Assembly (NCBI GenBank): GCA_040755995.1
Contig: JBFMAF010000020.1
Span: forward strand, 32,001 to 96,000
Direction: 5' to 3'
Source of the DNA: Acidobacteriota bacterium
GTDB taxonomy: Bacteria; Acidobacteriota; CAIWXX01
DNA: 64,000 bases
Part shown: positions 52,016 to 61,152 of the stretch, piece by piece
How the letters are laid out: each line of letters begins with the position of its first letter
Numbering within the stretch: position 1 is the first letter of the stretch
Notes under the pieces: generated by a model
The model's input: the letters and a program-made list of their open reading frames with translations, nothing else
What the model was told of the DNA's origin: nothing
Databases searched by the model: none
Program-made: the position numbers and the translations under genes

Positions 52016-52951
52016 ATGACTGCGGTTTTGTTCGGGATCGTCTATGCGGGGGTATTGGTGTTCGTCATCGCCAGTATCGCCCGCGCATGCTACTACGCGA
52101 AACTACCGATTCATCTCCGGTGGGAGCTCTACCCGGTGCCGCACGAGGACCCGAAGCGAGTCAAGCATGGCGGCTCGTATTTCGAGGAAATTGATTGGTG
52201 GACCAAGCCGCGCAAGACCAACCTGGCCGGTGAGCTGGCCGCCATGGTGCCGGAGATGCTGTTCATGGTGGCGCTGTGGGAGCACAATCGGAAGCTCTGG
52301 ATTCGTTCATTCCCGTTCCATTTCGGGCTTTATCTCTTGATTGGGACGACCGGGCTGCTGCTCATCAGTGCGCTCCTTACGATCTTCGTGCCCGCCCTGA
52401 TGGCCGGCTCATTCGGGCTGTTCATGCACTGGGTCTACACGGTCACCGGGATTGCCGGCGTGATTCTGAGCATACTGGGTGCGGCCGGCCTTCTGGCCCG
52501 GCGGCTCACGGACAAGATGCTCAAGCCGTACACCACCGCGGGTGACATCTTCAACTTAGTGTTCTTCATCGCCACGTTCGTCGTCCTGGGCGCCGCCTAC
52601 CTGATCCATCGCCCGGACTTCGGCGGCACGCTGGCGCTGACGGTCGGCCTGCTTCGCTTCGACACCGCCATCCAGGTGCCGTTGCTGGCGAAGGCCGGCA
52701 TCGTCATGGGGGCGGTCCTGGCTGCCTACATCCCCCTCACCCACATGTCCCACTTCGTAGGGAAGTACTTCACGTACCACGCGGTACGGTGGAGCGACGA
52801 GCCGAACATGCGGGGGAGCGAGCTGGAGAAGAGGCTCGCCGAGTACCTGACCTACAGGCCGACCTGGGCCGCCTCGCACGTGACGGCCGACGGCCTGAGG
52901 ACCTGGGTCGACATCGCCACCACGAATCCAGCTCAAGGGGGGCGCAAGTGA
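52016..52951 (+). CDS. NarI/DsrM-like membrane subunit (nitrate reductase gamma family)
   Basis: AGGAGG RBS; P.HLRWELYPVPHE, W..SFPFHFG, LARRLTD, YTTAGD.FNL, IPLTHMSHF. Confidence 0.85.
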   Translation: MTAVLFGIVYAGVLVFVIASIARACYYAKLPIHLRWELYPVPHEDPKRVKHGGSYFEEIDWWTKPRKTNLAGELAAMVPEMLFMVALWEHNRKLWIRSFPFHFGLYLLIGTTGLLLISALLTIFVPALMAGSFGLFMHWVYTVTGIAGVILSILGAAGLLARRLTDKMLKPYTTAGDIFNLVFFIATFVVLGAAYLIHRPDFGGTLALTVGLLRFDTAIQVPLLAKAGIVMGAVLAAYIPLTHMSHFVGKYFTYHAVRWSDEPNMRGSELEKRLAEYLTYRPTWAASHVTADGLRTWVDIATTNPAQGGRK

Positions 52952-54555
52952 AACCTGACGTCAAACTGTCCGATATGTCGCGGGAGGAGCGGACTCCCAT
53001 CATGCACCTCGAGATCGAGAACCTGATGCGGATGCCTGAGCCGCTGGAGAATCCATCGAAGGACCGCCCGCTTCCGCCGCTGCAGGAACAGGCTCGCGAA
53101 CGCTACGAGTGCCTTCTCGACGACACATCTGCACTGAACATTCCCAAGCCGAAGACGAAACAGGACGAAGACGAGCTCGTCAGGAAGTTCCTCTCCGGTC
53201 TCGAGAAGCTGTTCACCAGGGAGAACAACTGGACGTTCCTCCAGCCGCTCGTGCTGTCGATGGAGCACTGTGCGAAGTGCCAGACCTGCGCCGAGGCCTG
53301 CCATATCTGGGAGGCGAGCGGCGAGAATGAGCTGTACCGGCCGACGTACCGTTCCGAGCTCGTGCGCAGACTCTACTTCAAGCATGTGAAGAAGGGCGGC
53401 CTGCTGTCGGCATGGCAGCACGGCGACGTCAAGCTCAACTGGCCCTTCGTAGCGCGCCTCGCGGAGCTCGCCTACCGCTGCAACCTGTGCCGGCGCTGCG
53501 CGCAGACATGCCCGATCGGCGTGGACAACGGGCTGATCGCGCACGAGCTGAGGAAGCTCTTCAGCCAGGAGCTCGGGATCAACTCGAAGGAGTGCCACGA
53601 CAACGGCTCGATGCTCCAGCTCAAAGTCGGCTCCTCCACCGGCATGAACGCTCTCGTCGTCAAGGACAACATCCAGTTCATCGACGAGGACACAACCGAG
53701 AAGTCCGGCATCACGGTGGAGACGCCGTGGGACGTAGAAGGCGCCGACGTCCTCCTCATGCACAACGCGGGCGAGATCATGGCCTGGCCCGAGAATCCGG
53801 GCGCGTTCGCCGTCATCCTCAACGTGGCCGGCATCAAGTGGACCCTCTCGTCCGAGCTCGCCGCATACGACGCCATCAACTACGGCCTCTGGTACGACGA
53901 CTCGCAGTTCGCGCGCGTCGCCATCCTGCACGCCCAGGCCGCCAAGAAGCTCGGCGTGAAGAAGATCGTCATGGGCGAGTGCGGGCACGCCCACAAGGCA
54001 CTCTCCGTCATTGCCGACCGGGTGCTCACCGGCGACTTGAACATCCCGCGCGAGAGCGCCATGACGCTGCTGCGCGATATCGTCATGAACGATCGGATCA
54101 AACTGGACCCGTCACGCAACGACTTCCCAGTGACCTTGCACGACCCGTGCAACCTGGTCCGCCTCATGGGTGTCGTGGAACCTCAACGCGAGATCGTCAG
54201 GAAGATATGCCCCAAGTTCCGCGAAATGGAGCCGCACGGTGTCAACAACTACTGCTGCGGCGGGGGCAGCGGCTTCGCCATCATGAGCGGAGGCAACTTC
54301 GCCGACTGGCGGCACCATGTCTCCGGAAGGAAGAAGCTGCAGCAGATCCTGGATGCGTTCGCCGACTGCAAGGAGCCGTCGATCAACAAGTACGTCTGCG
54401 CTCCGTGCAGCAACTGCAAGGGTCAGCTCCGCGATATCCTCGCGTACTACGACATCTGGGAGAAGAACCGGATTCTGTACGGAGGACTGGTCGAGCTGAT
54501 CGTGAACGCCATGACCGACGCCAAGCCGGGATTCATCGAGTGGGAGTGGCACTGA
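52948..54555 (+). CDS. DsrK/HdrD-like Fe-S protein with CCG domains
   Basis: GTGA overlap; CAKCQTCAEAC, CNLCRRCAQTCP, GECGHA, HDPCN, YCCGGGSG, APCSNC. Confidence 0.9.
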   Translation: MKPDVKLSDMSREERTPIMHLEIENLMRMPEPLENPSKDRPLPPLQEQARERYECLLDDTSALNIPKPKTKQDEDELVRKFLSGLEKLFTRENNWTFLQPLVLSMEHCAKCQTCAEACHIWEASGENELYRPTYRSELVRRLYFKHVKKGGLLSAWQHGDVKLNWPFVARLAELAYRCNLCRRCAQTCPIGVDNGLIAHELRKLFSQELGINSKECHDNGSMLQLKVGSSTGMNALVVKDNIQFIDEDTTEKSGITVETPWDVEGADVLLMHNAGEIMAWPENPGAFAVILNVAGIKWTLSSELAAYDAINYGLWYDDSQFARVAILHAQAAKKLGVKKIVMGECGHAHKALSVIADRVLTGDLNIPRESAMTLLRDIVMNDRIKLDPSRNDFPVTLHDPCNLVRLMGVVEPQREIVRKICPKFREMEPHGVNNYCCGGGSGFAIMSGGNFADWRHHVSGRKKLQQILDAFADCKEPSINKYVCAPCSNCKGQLRDILAYYDIWEKNRILYGGLVELIVNAMTDAKPGFIEWEWH

Positions 54556-54718
54556 GCGGCCCGGGTCGCTCGAACATTCGGACTGGCGCGGCCGGAGGCC
54601 GGCTCGAGTTCCGGTTGCGCCGGACCGGTGGTATGATGACAAGAGACTGCTGTCCACAAGGCCCGGGGCGCGAGCGTCTCGCCTCGGCGCAGGAACATTG
54701 ATATTGGGGGGCACTCGA

Positions 54719-55093
54719 ATGGGAAAGAAGATACTGGTTGTCGACGATGAAATGGATGCGGTGACCTATTTCTCGACCGTCTTGAAGGACAACGGGTACG
54801 ACACCATCACGGCGGTGGACGGGCTGGAGGCTCTCAAGAAGATGCGGAGCGACAAGCCGGACCTGGTCACCCTGGACATCACCATGCCCGAGAAGTCGGG
54901 CGTGGGGGCTTACCGCGAGATGAAGAACGACCCGGATCTGAAGAAGATCCCGGTCGTCATCGTGACCGGCGTCACGCATGACTTCAAGAAGTTCATCTCC
55001 ACGCGCCACCAGGTGCCGCCGCCGGAAGGCTATCTGGAGAAGCCGGTCAAACCGGAAGATCTGGTGGCCGAGGTCAAGAAGCACATCGGATAA
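54719..55093 (+). CDS. Single-domain response regulator (receiver only)
   Basis: KKILVVDDE, PDLVTLDITMP.KSG, IVTG, YLEKPV. Confidence 0.93.
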   Translation: MGKKILVVDDEMDAVTYFSTVLKDNGYDTITAVDGLEALKKMRSDKPDLVTLDITMPEKSGVGAYREMKNDPDLKKIPVVIVTGVTHDFKKFISTRHQVPPPEGYLEKPVKPEDLVAEVKKHIG

Positions 55094-55341
55094 CGAGGCG
55101 CGGCCTCGGGCAGACCAGCTCGCGACGCAGCCGTAGCCGGCCGGAGCTGCAACCGGGTGCAGGTACGGGCACTGGAACAGCTACGCGCACCCGTTGTGCG
55201 TGGCGATGAGGCAACTGCGGTACGGGCGGGGTGCTGTGGATGCGGCAAGGTGTGCTTGACAGCTCTGTTGGCCAGTCATATCCTGGCGCCCATCTCCCAA
55301 ATAGGAGACGGGCGCAGAATGCCATCAGGAAGAGGTGAAAC

Positions 55342-56073
55342 ATGAGACGGTCCTTGCTCGCAATCTTGTTTGCGATGTCCTTCTCATTCGCGCTGCTGCA
55401 GGCGGATGTGACCATCAGTTACTCGATCAAGAGGTCCGTAGATGGCACACCTGCCGACGGCGGTCGCGTGATGTTCGTCAAGGGCCCCAGGCTGCGGATC
55501 GACGACACGATCGGCGGGAAGACTTCAACGCGAATCATCGACCTGCGGAGTGGCCTGGCCATCGAGCTCGACGACGAAGCCATGCGGGCGATTACGATGC
55601 GGCTCTCCAGGTGCGCCGCGGATGTGAGCGACTCCGTGCCGCCGGACAGAACGGAGGTCGAGGTCAGGCCGAGCCAGCTGCGGAGAGAGATCCGGGGGCA
55701 GTCCTGCGGCGGCTACGATCTGGTTCTCTCCCGACGGGATGCTAAGGCCAACGCGAGAGCCTGGGCCACCCGCGACGCACCGGGCGCCGCAGAGTATGTC
55801 GCCTTCTGGAAGGATGCGGCATCCGGGTGTCTGCCCATCGAGGAGTTCGACCCGGACCACCCCGCATCGGCCGAGAACATCATGATCACGGAGGCGTTCA
55901 GGAGGATCGCTGAAAACGGCGGGATGCCCTACGAGTGCGTGATGACGCTCACGGTGTCGACCGCAGGAAAGGATCTGGTCCGCGAGTACGTCTGGAGGCT
56001 GACGGATGTATCGTGTGCCCCCATAAGAGACGACGCGTTCGCCGTACCATCATCCTACGCGAGCACCAGGTAG
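55342..56073 (+). CDS. Secreted DUF4412-like protein
   Basis: GAGGT RBS; signal peptide; FVKG.RLRID, IIDL, EIRGQSC..Y, FAVPSSY. Confidence 0.7.
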   Translation: MRRSLLAILFAMSFSFALLQADVTISYSIKRSVDGTPADGGRVMFVKGPRLRIDDTIGGKTSTRIIDLRSGLAIELDDEAMRAITMRLSRCAADVSDSVPPDRTEVEVRPSQLRREIRGQSCGGYDLVLSRRDAKANARAWATRDAPGAAEYVAFWKDAASGCLPIEEFDPDHPASAENIMITEAFRRIAENGGMPYECVMTLTVSTAGKDLVREYVWRLTDVSCAPIRDDAFAVPSSYASTR

Positions 56074-56107
56074 GCGGCCCGTGGACTGGATGATGAAAGG
56101 AGATACC

Positions 56108-57241
56108 ATGGTTTCGAAGCAGCTTCGTGCAATCACCTTGTCTATTGCGGTCCTCGGCCTTGGGATTTCACCCGCTGTCCACGCGGCGCAGGACCTGCTG
56201 GTCTCCAACTGGTTCGGAGACGCATACCGCTTCGACGGGCTCACGGGCGTCGCCAAGGGGGTGTTTGCCAGCGGAGTGAATATTGCAGAGGGGATGACTC
56301 TCGGGCCCGACGGGAACCTGTACGTCTCAGACAACCAGTTCGATCGCGTCCTGAAGTTCGATGGGAACACGGGAGCCTACATGGGCATCTTCGCCAGCGG
56401 CGGCGGACTGGACGGGCCGCACGGCCTGGTATTCGGCGCGGACGGATACCTCTACGTCTCCAGCTACTGGAGCAATCAAATACTGCGATACAACGCCTCG
56501 ACCGGCGCTTTCGCGGGCATCTTTGTAACAGGTGATGTGTTCTTTGCTCCGACGGCTCTGGCGCTGCCCGCAGGTGGAGCCCTGTATGCGTGCAACTGGT
56601 TCGGTGAAGTCCGCCGGTACGACATCACAACCGGAGCGTTGCTGGGGACGTTCGCCACGGACACGGGTGTCGTCCAGGGCGAGGTGTTCGGCCCCGATGG
56701 CAACCTCTATATCACCGACTACGCTAACGACAAGCTGTTGCGGTACGACTCGGCGGGCACCTTCCTCGGGGAAGTGGCCTCGGGGGCGCCGATGGATGGG
56801 CCGCGCGGCGTCACGTTCGGACTGGAGGGCGACTTCTACATATCGAGCTACTGGAGCCGCCAGGTACTGCATTACGACTGGGCTACCGGAGGCTTCGAGG
56901 GTTTCTTCGTTACTGGAGACACCTTCTTCGCTCCAACCTACCTCATGTTTGCCAACATCGTTGACAGCAATCCAGTGCCAAGTATCCGGCGGCTCAGGCC
57001 CGGCAGCGCGAGAGCAGGCGGTGGCGCCTTTCAGCTCATCGTCTCTGGCGCCAAGTTCGTCAGCAGCTCGAAGGTCAAGTGGAACAAGACATACCTGATA
57101 ACGACCTACGTTTCATCCGCAACTCTGCGCGCTCAAGTGCCTTCGAAGCTCATTCGCCGGCGCGGAACGGCGAACGTCACCGTCGTCAATCCGGCGCCGG
57201 GAGGGGGAACGTCTAACACGAAGACGTTCAATATAAACTAG
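56108..57241 (+). CDS. Secreted NHL/Vgb-like beta-propeller protein with C-terminal IPT/TIG domain
   Basis: AAGGAG RBS; signal peptide; repeated GPDGNLYV/I; internal duplication; NPVPSI..L.P...TVVNPAPGGGTSN. Confidence 0.85.
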   Translation: MVSKQLRAITLSIAVLGLGISPAVHAAQDLLVSNWFGDAYRFDGLTGVAKGVFASGVNIAEGMTLGPDGNLYVSDNQFDRVLKFDGNTGAYMGIFASGGGLDGPHGLVFGADGYLYVSSYWSNQILRYNASTGAFAGIFVTGDVFFAPTALALPAGGALYACNWFGEVRRYDITTGALLGTFATDTGVVQGEVFGPDGNLYITDYANDKLLRYDSAGTFLGEVASGAPMDGPRGVTFGLEGDFYISSYWSRQVLHYDWATGGFEGFFVTGDTFFAPTYLMFANIVDSNPVPSIRRLRPGSARAGGGAFQLIVSGAKFVSSSKVKWNKTYLITTYVSSATLRAQVPSKLIRRRGTANVTVVNPAPGGGTSNTKTFNIN

Positions 57242-57318
57242 CGAGGCTGCGCCTCAGACCCACGAGGCATGTCGCGGCTGGAGCGGCGCAGCCTCGCGTC
57301 GAGGGTCGAAGGTCGAAA
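57239..57318 (+). repeat. Dispersed structured repeat, copy 2 (13-bp stem) plus three GTCGA(A/G)(G/A) heptamers
   Basis: GCGAGGCTGCGCC (57241-57253) pairs with GGCGCAGCCTCGC (57285-57297); similar to 22637-22693. Confidence 0.7.
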
Positions 57319-57428
57319 GTGAACACCGTGGGAATTGAGGGCCAATGACGCACCGCACCAAAGATTTGACTCAATCGCAACACGTTTTTCGCCTCAAGCC
57401 ATACTAGCGGGACGCGCTCGGCCGCCGC

Positions 57429-57842
57429 TCACCCTCGATCGCCGCATGAGTTGTCTCTTTCCAGCTTGCGCAGGATCGTGAGCAGCACCTGCGGGTCGAC
57501 CGGCTTGGCCAGAAGTGCGTCGGGGCCGCGGATACCGTGTTGTGAACCCAGATATGACTGGCAGTCGTCCTGCAGGATCTGGTCCAGGCCGGTGATAACC
57601 ACCATGCAGATGTCGGTCCACCGAGGATCCCGTCGCAGTGTGACGAGCAGATCGAGCCCGGACCGGCCGGGCATCAGCACGTCCAGAAGGATCGCATCGG
57701 GGCGGAAGCCGTCGAGCGCAGCGATGGCTCTGGTCGAGTCGCCGGCGCCCCGCGCCTCATACCCGTTGTCCTCGAGAAACGAGGTGAGGTAGATCACCAC
57801 GTCCGGGTCGTCGTCGACCACCAGTACTCTGTTGTTCCACAT
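57429..57842 (-). CDS. Single-domain response regulator (receiver only)
   Basis: RVLVVDDD, PDAILLDVLMPGRSG, VITG, LAKPV. Confidence 0.9.
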   Translation of the reverse strand: MWNNRVLVVDDDPDVVIYLTSFLEDNGYEARGAGDSTRAIAALDGFRPDAILLDVLMPGRSGLDLLVTLRRDPRWTDICMVVITGLDQILQDDCQSYLGSQHGIRGPDALLAKPVDPQVLLTILRKLERDNSCGDRG

Positions 57843-57846
57843 GGAC

Positions 57847-59304
57847 CTAGTTGGCTCCGGCCGTCTGCGGTGGGACGCTCCTGTTGTTCGCGTGCGTGCT
57901 GGGGCGGGGTTCCAGCGGCAGCCGTACGACGAACCGGCTGCCGCGGCCGGGTTCCGAGTCGACGTCGATACCGCCGCCGTGCTTGTCCGCGATCTTGTTG
58001 GCAATGAAGAGGCCCAGGCCGGTGCCGCTGATCCCCTTGGATGAGAAGAACAGCGAGAAGATCTTCTCGCGGGTCTCCCGGTCCATTCCGATGCCGTTGT
58101 CTTCCACTTCGAAGAACATCCACGGAGCGAGACGGCGCACCGCGAATGATACGCGGTGCGATGTTTTCGACGTGTCCGCGCGGCAGGCGTCGAGCGAGTT
58201 CTCGAGGATATTCACGAGCATCGCGCGAACGGCCTTGGCGTCCCCAGGGACGCACCCGGCACCCGGCTCGACGGTCAAAGAGAGCGCGACATCGAGCTCC
58301 GTAGCCCGCTGCTGCAGCGACTCGACCATGTCCTCGGCTAGCTTCTGCACCTCGACGTCGTTCACCTGGAGCTCCCGGTCCTTTGCGTAGTAGAGGATGT
58401 CGAGCACCATGCTGCGGATGCGTTCCACGTTGCGCTGCACCATTCCCCAGCCCTGCTTGACGCGGTCGGGGCGGTTCTTCTCGAACCCGGAGTTCACCAT
58501 GTAGAGCCCGCCGTCGAGCCCCGTGAGCAGCCCCTTGATGCCGTGGGAGATGGAGCCTACCAGGAGGCCGATCGATGTGAGCTGCGATTGCAGCTCGCGG
58601 AGCTGGGTGATGTCGGTCGACATCTCGATGATCGACTCGACCTCGCCGGCCGAGTTGCGAAGCGGCGCCGCAACGCAGAGCACGTGCATCCTCTTCCCCG
58701 CGGCCGACACCACGACCTCCTCGTGCTCCATCGTGACCCCCTCGTCGAAGGTCCGCTGCGAGGTGCACACCAGGCACTGCTCGTCGCGGTGCTTGTAGAC
58801 CTGCCAGCAGTACTGGCCTACCCCGTGCCCGAAGGTCTCCCGGAACTTGCGATTTGCGTGCTGGATGACGCGATCCCGCCCCTGCACCGAGATGAAGCAA
58901 GGCACCTCCTCGAACATCTGCGCAAGGCGGGCCTGCACTTTCTCGAGCTGCTTCTCGAGACGCTTGATTACTCGGAGATCCGTGTGCATCTCCATCACGG
59001 CCTCGATCTCGCCTGCATCGTTGCAGATCGGCGCGGTCCGGACTCGCACCGGGATCGACACGCCGCCGAGAGTGGTCAGCGTCTGCTCGCTGACCTGCGG
59101 GGTGCCGCCGACGAAGGTCTGCTCGACCGGGCAGTCAGGGCACTTCTCGGCTCGTCCCTTGTAAACGCGGTAGCAGTACTCCCCGATTCTGTCTCCGAAA
59201 TCCTTGCGGAACAGCCGGTTGCCTTCCACGATCCGGTACTCCCGGTCGTGAACCGAGAGGTAGCAGGGCATATGCTCGAAGTACTGCTGGAATCGTTCCG
59301 TCAT
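57847..59304 (-). CDS. Cytoplasmic PAS-PAS histidine kinase
   Basis: No TM helix; two PAS domains with G.YC...YK.R.E.C..C; SISHGIKG H-box, NILENSLDA, DNGIGMD, GTGLGL. Confidence 0.93.
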   Translation of the reverse strand: MTERFQQYFEHMPCYLSVHDREYRIVEGNRLFRKDFGDRIGEYCYRVYKGRAEKCPDCPVEQTFVGGTPQVSEQTLTTLGGVSIPVRVRTAPICNDAGEIEAVMEMHTDLRVIKRLEKQLEKVQARLAQMFEEVPCFISVQGRDRVIQHANRKFRETFGHGVGQYCWQVYKHRDEQCLVCTSQRTFDEGVTMEHEEVVVSAAGKRMHVLCVAAPLRNSAGEVESIIEMSTDITQLRELQSQLTSIGLLVGSISHGIKGLLTGLDGGLYMVNSGFEKNRPDRVKQGWGMVQRNVERIRSMVLDILYYAKDRELQVNDVEVQKLAEDMVESLQQRATELDVALSLTVEPGAGCVPGDAKAVRAMLVNILENSLDACRADTSKTSHRVSFAVRRLAPWMFFEVEDNGIGMDRETREKIFSLFFSSKGISGTGLGLFIANKIADKHGGGIDVDSEPGRGSRFVVRLPLEPRPSTHANNRSVPPQTAGAN

Positions 59305-59370
59305 GACAGCCTCTCCTCAGGCGCGGGCAGAGCGCCCTGGCGGGCCTCTTCGGTCCGAGGCCGCGGCCCG

Positions 59371-61146
59371 CTAGGCGCTCGGCTTGTGATGGTCGCGGAG
59401 CTCGAGAATACGCCGCAGGTTGTCGACGAGCTCATGTTCCTTCACCGGCTTGTCCATGTATCCGTCTGGAACGGGCACGGCCCGCTGGTAGATGACCTCG
59501 CGGAACTCCGGATGGCCCGTGACCACGCACACGGGAGTACGGGCCAGGCTCGGATCCCCGCGCAGCTCGGCGAATGTCTCGATCCCGTCCTTGCCCTCCA
59601 TCGACAGGTCGAGGGTGATGAGATCCGGCTTGACCTGGCGAGCCATCGCGAGAGCGGCGTTGCCGTCGGCCGCCTCGAAGACCTCCGCACCGGCATCCTC
59701 CAGCACGGTCCTGATGAACACCCGTATGTCGGGCTCGTCGTCCACGACGAGGATGCGACGGTTGTGCAATGGGAGAGCAGGTTTGGGCATTTCGACCACC
59801 GCCTTTGGTTTCTTCATTACGGCGCACTCTTCGATGAGCAGCGCGCCCGCTACCAGGTCGACGAGCTGTTGCACCTCGCACCCCAGTTTGTAATGCTTGA
59901 TGAGATCCGAGAGCCCGTCCACACAATTGTGACACGATGTTACCACTACTTGCGCACCCGTGGCCTTTATCTGTTCCGCCTTCACCTTTGCCGACTTGAG
60001 GCGGCGCGGCGTGTATTCGGACATCGACATGGCGCCGCCGCCGCCCGTGCAGCAGAAATTCTCGGCGCGATTGGGAATCATCTCGACGAAATCGGTGGTC
60101 ACGAGGCGGAGCAGCTCGCGCGGCTCCTCGGTGACCCCGCACGAGCGGGCCAGGTTGCAGGAGTCATGGTAGGTCACTCGCTTGCCGAGCCGTGTGGGAT
60201 CGACCTTGATGCGGCCCTCCTTGATGTACCTGAGCATCGTGAACACCGAGCTCTCCATGTCGAAGTCCTGGTCGATGCCGGCCCAGTTCGGCCCTTCGCA
60301 GCGCGTCGACCTGTAGCCATGGCCGCACTCGGAGATCACGATCCGCTTCGCCTTCAGCTCCGCCATCTTCTCATACACGCGGCGAGCCGCGGTGCCGCCC
60401 AGCTGGTCATCTCCTGAGAAGAGGCCGAAGTTGGTCTGGTCCCAGCCCTCCGATGGCATCGTCCAGCTCTCTCCGGCCGCCCAGAAGATCTTGGCGGCTG
60501 CCGCTATCGTGCGTGGATCGTACTTCGCTTCCCGTGGGTTGATGGTGTACATCACCTCGACATTCGGCTTGTCGATGGGTATGCGGGCCGTCTCATCCTC
60601 CACCTCACTGACCAGCTCATCCGACATCCACTCGAGGGTCTCCAGGTAATCTTCCCTCAGCACCCCCATCTGGTTGCCGATCTCCCACTGGTCTTTCGAG
60701 ACCACCCGCACACCCTCGGGCATCACGCCGACCGCCGTCAACAGGCCTCGCATCACACGGTTCACGACCGCTGTGTCCACACCCATCGGACAGTTGATGG
60801 TGCAGCGGCGGCAGTTGGTGCACGTGCCGAACGCAATGTCCTTCAGACGATCGAGATCGGCGTCCGTGAGCGGCTCCTTCGCACCGACCCACCAAGGGAA
60901 GACGCGGCCCGTCCAGTCGTAGTTGTACTTGAAGAGCTTGCGGAGCTGGTCGGCTTTGAAGGAGGGTGTCATCTTGGGATCGTCCGGGTGCGTCAACACA
61001 TAGTGGCATGCCTCATTGCACATGCCACAGTGAACGCATGCAACGAGCGACCCCACCAGGGGGCGAGTCAGCTTCTTCGCGAGAATCTCGCGCATCACCT
61101 GGATCTTGTATGTGCTATCCGAATTCCGTCTCGTATTGGTGTCCAT
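59371..61146 (-). CDS. HmcF/TmcB/HdrD-like Fe-S CCG protein fused to a C-terminal receiver domain
   Basis: CVHCGMCNEAC, CTNCRRCTINCP, SECGHG, YHDSCN, FCCTGGGG, TSCHNC; then RRILVVDDE...PDLITLD...VVTG...MDKPV. Confidence 0.9.
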   Translation of the reverse strand: MDTNTRRNSDSTYKIQVMREILAKKLTRPLVGSLVACVHCGMCNEACHYVLTHPDDPKMTPSFKADQLRKLFKYNYDWTGRVFPWWVGAKEPLTDADLDRLKDIAFGTCTNCRRCTINCPMGVDTAVVNRVMRGLLTAVGVMPEGVRVVSKDQWEIGNQMGVLREDYLETLEWMSDELVSEVEDETARIPIDKPNVEVMYTINPREAKYDPRTIAAAAKIFWAAGESWTMPSEGWDQTNFGLFSGDDQLGGTAARRVYEKMAELKAKRIVISECGHGYRSTRCEGPNWAGIDQDFDMESSVFTMLRYIKEGRIKVDPTRLGKRVTYHDSCNLARSCGVTEEPRELLRLVTTDFVEMIPNRAENFCCTGGGGAMSMSEYTPRRLKSAKVKAEQIKATGAQVVVTSCHNCVDGLSDLIKHYKLGCEVQQLVDLVAGALLIEECAVMKKPKAVVEMPKPALPLHNRRILVVDDEPDIRVFIRTVLEDAGAEVFEAADGNAALAMARQVKPDLITLDLSMEGKDGIETFAELRGDPSLARTPVCVVTGHPEFREVIYQRAVPVPDGYMDKPVKEHELVDNLRRILELRDHHKPSA

Positions 61147-61152
61147 AAATCC

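Noticed and set aside
52016..54555. Calling these dsrM/dsrK and inferring sulfate reduction
   Set aside because: No dsrAB, dsrC or dsrJOP in the window; DsrMK-like paralogs occur in non-sulfate reducers
58543..60417. 624-aa plus-strand ORF and similar long antisense ORFs (e.g. 14162-15340, 39763-41004, 52933-53994)
   Set aside because: Shadow ORFs opposite well-supported genes, expected at high GC; no motifs
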